Positions 61,657 to 64,000 of a stretch of 64,000 nucleotides of DNA are shown here, one piece after another (positions within the stretch are counted from its first letter, which is position 1; each line of letters opens with the position of its first letter). The translations under genes and the position numbers were made by a program. The notes below the pieces were generated by a model. That model made no database searches. It was not told the origin of the DNA and was given only the letters and a program-made list of their open reading frames with translations. Source of the DNA: Oscillospiraceae bacterium (lineage in GTDB: Bacteria; Bacillota; Clostridia; Oscillospirales; JAAYXM01); assembly GCA_017421025.1 (NCBI GenBank), contig JAFQME010000008.1, positions 41,858-105,857 of the forward strand. Reading direction: 5' to 3'.

Positions 61657-62532
61657 ATGAATTACAATCATGCGGATCGGGCGCAAATCTTAGTCGAAGC
61701 CCTGCCGTACATCAAAAAATACAACGGCGAAACCGTCGTCATCAAATACGGCGGCAACGCCATGATTAACGAAGACTTAAAGAAAGCAGTCATTGACGAT
61801 ATCGTCCTGCTCTCGCTTGTTGGCATCCATGTGGTCGTGGTCCATGGCGGCGGCCCGGAAATCAGCGATATGCTCAAGCGTGTGGGCAAAGAAGGCAAAT
61901 TTGTCAACGGCCTGCGCTACACCGATGAGGAGACCATGGAAATCGTGCAGATGGTGCTGTGCGGAAAAGTCAATAAAGAACTGGTCTCCATCTTAAACCG
62001 TGCGGGCGGCTCTGCCATCGGTCTGTGCGGTATTGACGGCGGTCTGTTCCGTGCCAAAGAACTCGACGGCGGCACCTACGGACTGGTGGGTGAGATTGAA
62101 GAAGTCTCCACCAAGCCGGTCATCGATGCGCTCAAAAACGGTTATATCCCGGTGGTTTCCACCGTGGCACAAGGCTTAAACGACACCCAAAGCTATAACA
62201 TCAACGCAGATACTGCGGCGGCAAAGCTCGCAAGTGCCCTCGGTGCCAAGAAACTCATCCTGCTCACCGATGTGTGCGGTATTCTGCAAGATCCGAAAGA
62301 CGAATCCACCCTCATCCCGGATGTCAATGTCAGCGATGTTCCCAAACTCATCCGTGACGGCATCATCTCGGGCGGCATGATCCCCAAACTCGCTTGCTGT
62401 GTGGAAGCGGTGCGTATGGGCGTGTCGCAGGCAAATATTCTGGACGGCCGTGTCCCGCATTCCATCCTGATGGAAATGCTCTCCGATAAGGGTATCGGCA
62501 CCGTGGTCCATGGAGAGGGGATGTTTCTGTGA
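61657..62532 (+). CDS. argB: Acetylglutamate kinase
   Basis: KYGGNAM, HGGGPEI, NINAD and GGMIPK. Confidence 0.97.
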   Translation: MNYNHADRAQILVEALPYIKKYNGETVVIKYGGNAMINEDLKKAVIDDIVLLSLVGIHVVVVHGGGPEISDMLKRVGKEGKFVNGLRYTDEETMEIVQMVLCGKVNKELVSILNRAGGSAIGLCGIDGGLFRAKELDGGTYGLVGEIEEVSTKPVIDALKNGYIPVVSTVAQGLNDTQSYNINADTAAAKLASALGAKKLILLTDVCGILQDPKDESTLIPDVNVSDVPKLIRDGIISGGMIPKLACCVEAVRMGVSQANILDGRVPHSILMEMLSDKGIGTVVHGEGMFL

Positions 62533-63701
62533 CTTCCAATGAAATGATTTCTCTTCATGACGCTCATGTCATGAAAACCTACGGTCGCTATCCGGTCGCC
62601 ATCCAAAGCGGCAAAGGTGCGACCCTTGTCTCCCCGGAAGGGAAGGAATATATCGACTTCGCCTCCGGCATCGGCGTGCTCAGTATCGGTACCGCCCATC
62701 CCAAATTCGTGGAAGCGGTATCCAACCAGGCGGCAACGCTTGCGCACACCTCCAACCTCTTCTATACCGAGCCGTCCACCCGTCTTGCACAGCGTCTGTG
62801 CGCCTTGAGCGGGATGGACAAAGTCTTCTTTTCCAACTCGGGTGCAGAGAGCAACGAAGGCGCAATCAAACTCGCCAGAAAATACAGTACAGACCGTTAC
62901 GGTACCGAGCGTACCAAAATCGTGACCCTGCAAAACTCCTTCCATGGCCGCACCGTAACCACCCTTGCGGCAACCGGTCAGGATGTGTTCCACCAGTATT
63001 TCTACCCGTTCACCGAGGGCTTTGTTCACGCAATCGCCAATGACTTCGACTCGGTCAAAAATGCGGTAGACGAAAACACCTGTGCCATCATGATGGAGCT
63101 TGTCCAGGGCGAGGGCGGTGTGTTGCCGCTCGATGTTTCGTTTGTCAAGCAGGTGGAAGCACTCTGCCGTGAAAAGGATCTGCTTCTGGTCATCGACGAG
63201 GTGCAGACCGGCATCGGTCGTTGCGGCACCTTCTTCGCATTTCAGCACTATGGCATCTCGCCCGATGTGGTATCCACCGCAAAAGGCATCGGCGGCGGGC
63301 TTCCGCTCGGTGCAGTGCTTGCGGCAAAGACTTGCTCGGAAGTGCTCAGCCCCGGCACCCATGCCACCACCTTCGGTGCAAACCCGATCTGTACCGCTGC
63401 AGCCAATGCAGTTCTCGATGTGCTTGAGGACGGCGTACTCTCTAAAGTCAACGAAAAGGGCGCATACCTGCGCTCCAAAATCGAGGAAATGGGCTTTTCC
63501 ACCCGTGGTCTGGGGCTCATGATTGGCATCGCAGTGGAAGAAGGAACCCACAAAGCCAAAGTCGCAAGCCTCATCGAGGCAGGGCTTTTGTGCATCACGG
63601 CAGGGAAAGACGCTGTCCGTCTCCTCCCGCCGCTCAATATCACCTATGAAGAAATGGATCGTGGACTTGCGATCTTAAAAAGCGTTTTATGCGGAGGTTG
63701 A
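62529..63701 (+). CDS. argD: Acetylornithine aminotransferase
   Basis: [20 protein letters not shown] and AKGIGGG. Confidence 0.95.
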   Translation: MTSNEMISLHDAHVMKTYGRYPVAIQSGKGATLVSPEGKEYIDFASGIGVLSIGTAHPKFVEAVSNQAATLAHTSNLFYTEPSTRLAQRLCALSGMDKVFFSNSGAESNEGAIKLARKYSTDRYGTERTKIVTLQNSFHGRTVTTLAATGQDVFHQYFYPFTEGFVHAIANDFDSVKNAVDENTCAIMMELVQGEGGVLPLDVSFVKQVEALCREKDLLLVIDEVQTGIGRCGTFFAFQHYGISPDVVSTAKGIGGGLPLGAVLAAKTCSEVLSPGTHATTFGANPICTAAANAVLDVLEDGVLSKVNEKGAYLRSKIEEMGFSTRGLGLMIGIAVEEGTHKAKVASLIEAGLLCITAGKDAVRLLPPLNITYEEMDRGLAILKSVLCGG

Positions 63702-63703
63702 AT

Positions 63704-64000
63704 ATGAAAAAAGATTTGCTGAAACTGATGGACCTGTCCAAGGCAGAGCTCCTTCATATCCTGGATGTTGCGGATCAGCTCAAATACGATCAGAAGCACG
63801 GAATTGCGCACCCCATCCTCAAGGGCAAAACCCTTGGTATGATTTTTGAAAAATCTTCCACCCGTACCCGTGTCTCTTTTGAAGTGGGCATCGCCCAGCT
63901 CGGCGGTCACGGTCTCTTCCTCTCGGGTAATGACCTCCAAATGGGTCGTGGTGAGCCGATTGAAGACACCGCACGTGTCCTCTCCCGTTATCTTGACGGT
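63704..64000 (+). CDS. argF: Ornithine carbamoyltransferase, 5' part (runs off the window)
   Basis: Manual translation [12 protein letters not shown]...[13 protein letters not shown]...[16 protein letters not shown]. Confidence 0.93.
   Translation, partial: MKKDLLKLMDLSKAELLHILDVADQLKYDQKHGIAHPILKGKTLGMIFEKSSTRTRVSFEVGIAQLGGHGLFLSGNDLQMGRGEPIEDTARVLSRYLDG

Overview
Chromosomal window from a spore-forming Clostridia-type bacterium (Bacillota; GC roughly 53% by eye). Housekeeping blocks are an OmpR/HisK/HtrA locus, carB, a his operon (hisZGDCBHAF-IE), FMN riboswitch-ribU, csaB with cell-wall polysaccharide genes, and argGHCJBDF. Accessory content: (1) a low-GC type II restriction-modification pair downstream of tRNA-Ser, whose methyltransferase resembles the CGCG-specific M.BepI, while CGCG is strongly depleted across the window; (2) an 11-kb, ten-gene, PspA-less YdjG/TPM/SPFH-like operon interleaved with lipoproteins and S-layer proteins, one ending in an EF-Tu domain II-like barrel, divergent from a lipobox-7TM-LuxR regulator; (3) a LytTR two-component system next to a GT-C/GT2/S-layer protein cluster; (4) three copies (two full, one half) of a ~280-300 bp intergenic element with a conserved four-way-junction fold and compensatory changes; (5) a stand-alone mini-DnaA ATPase downstream of tRNA-Leu; (6) a 146-nt G-free tract. 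All family assignments come from motif recognition, not database searches.
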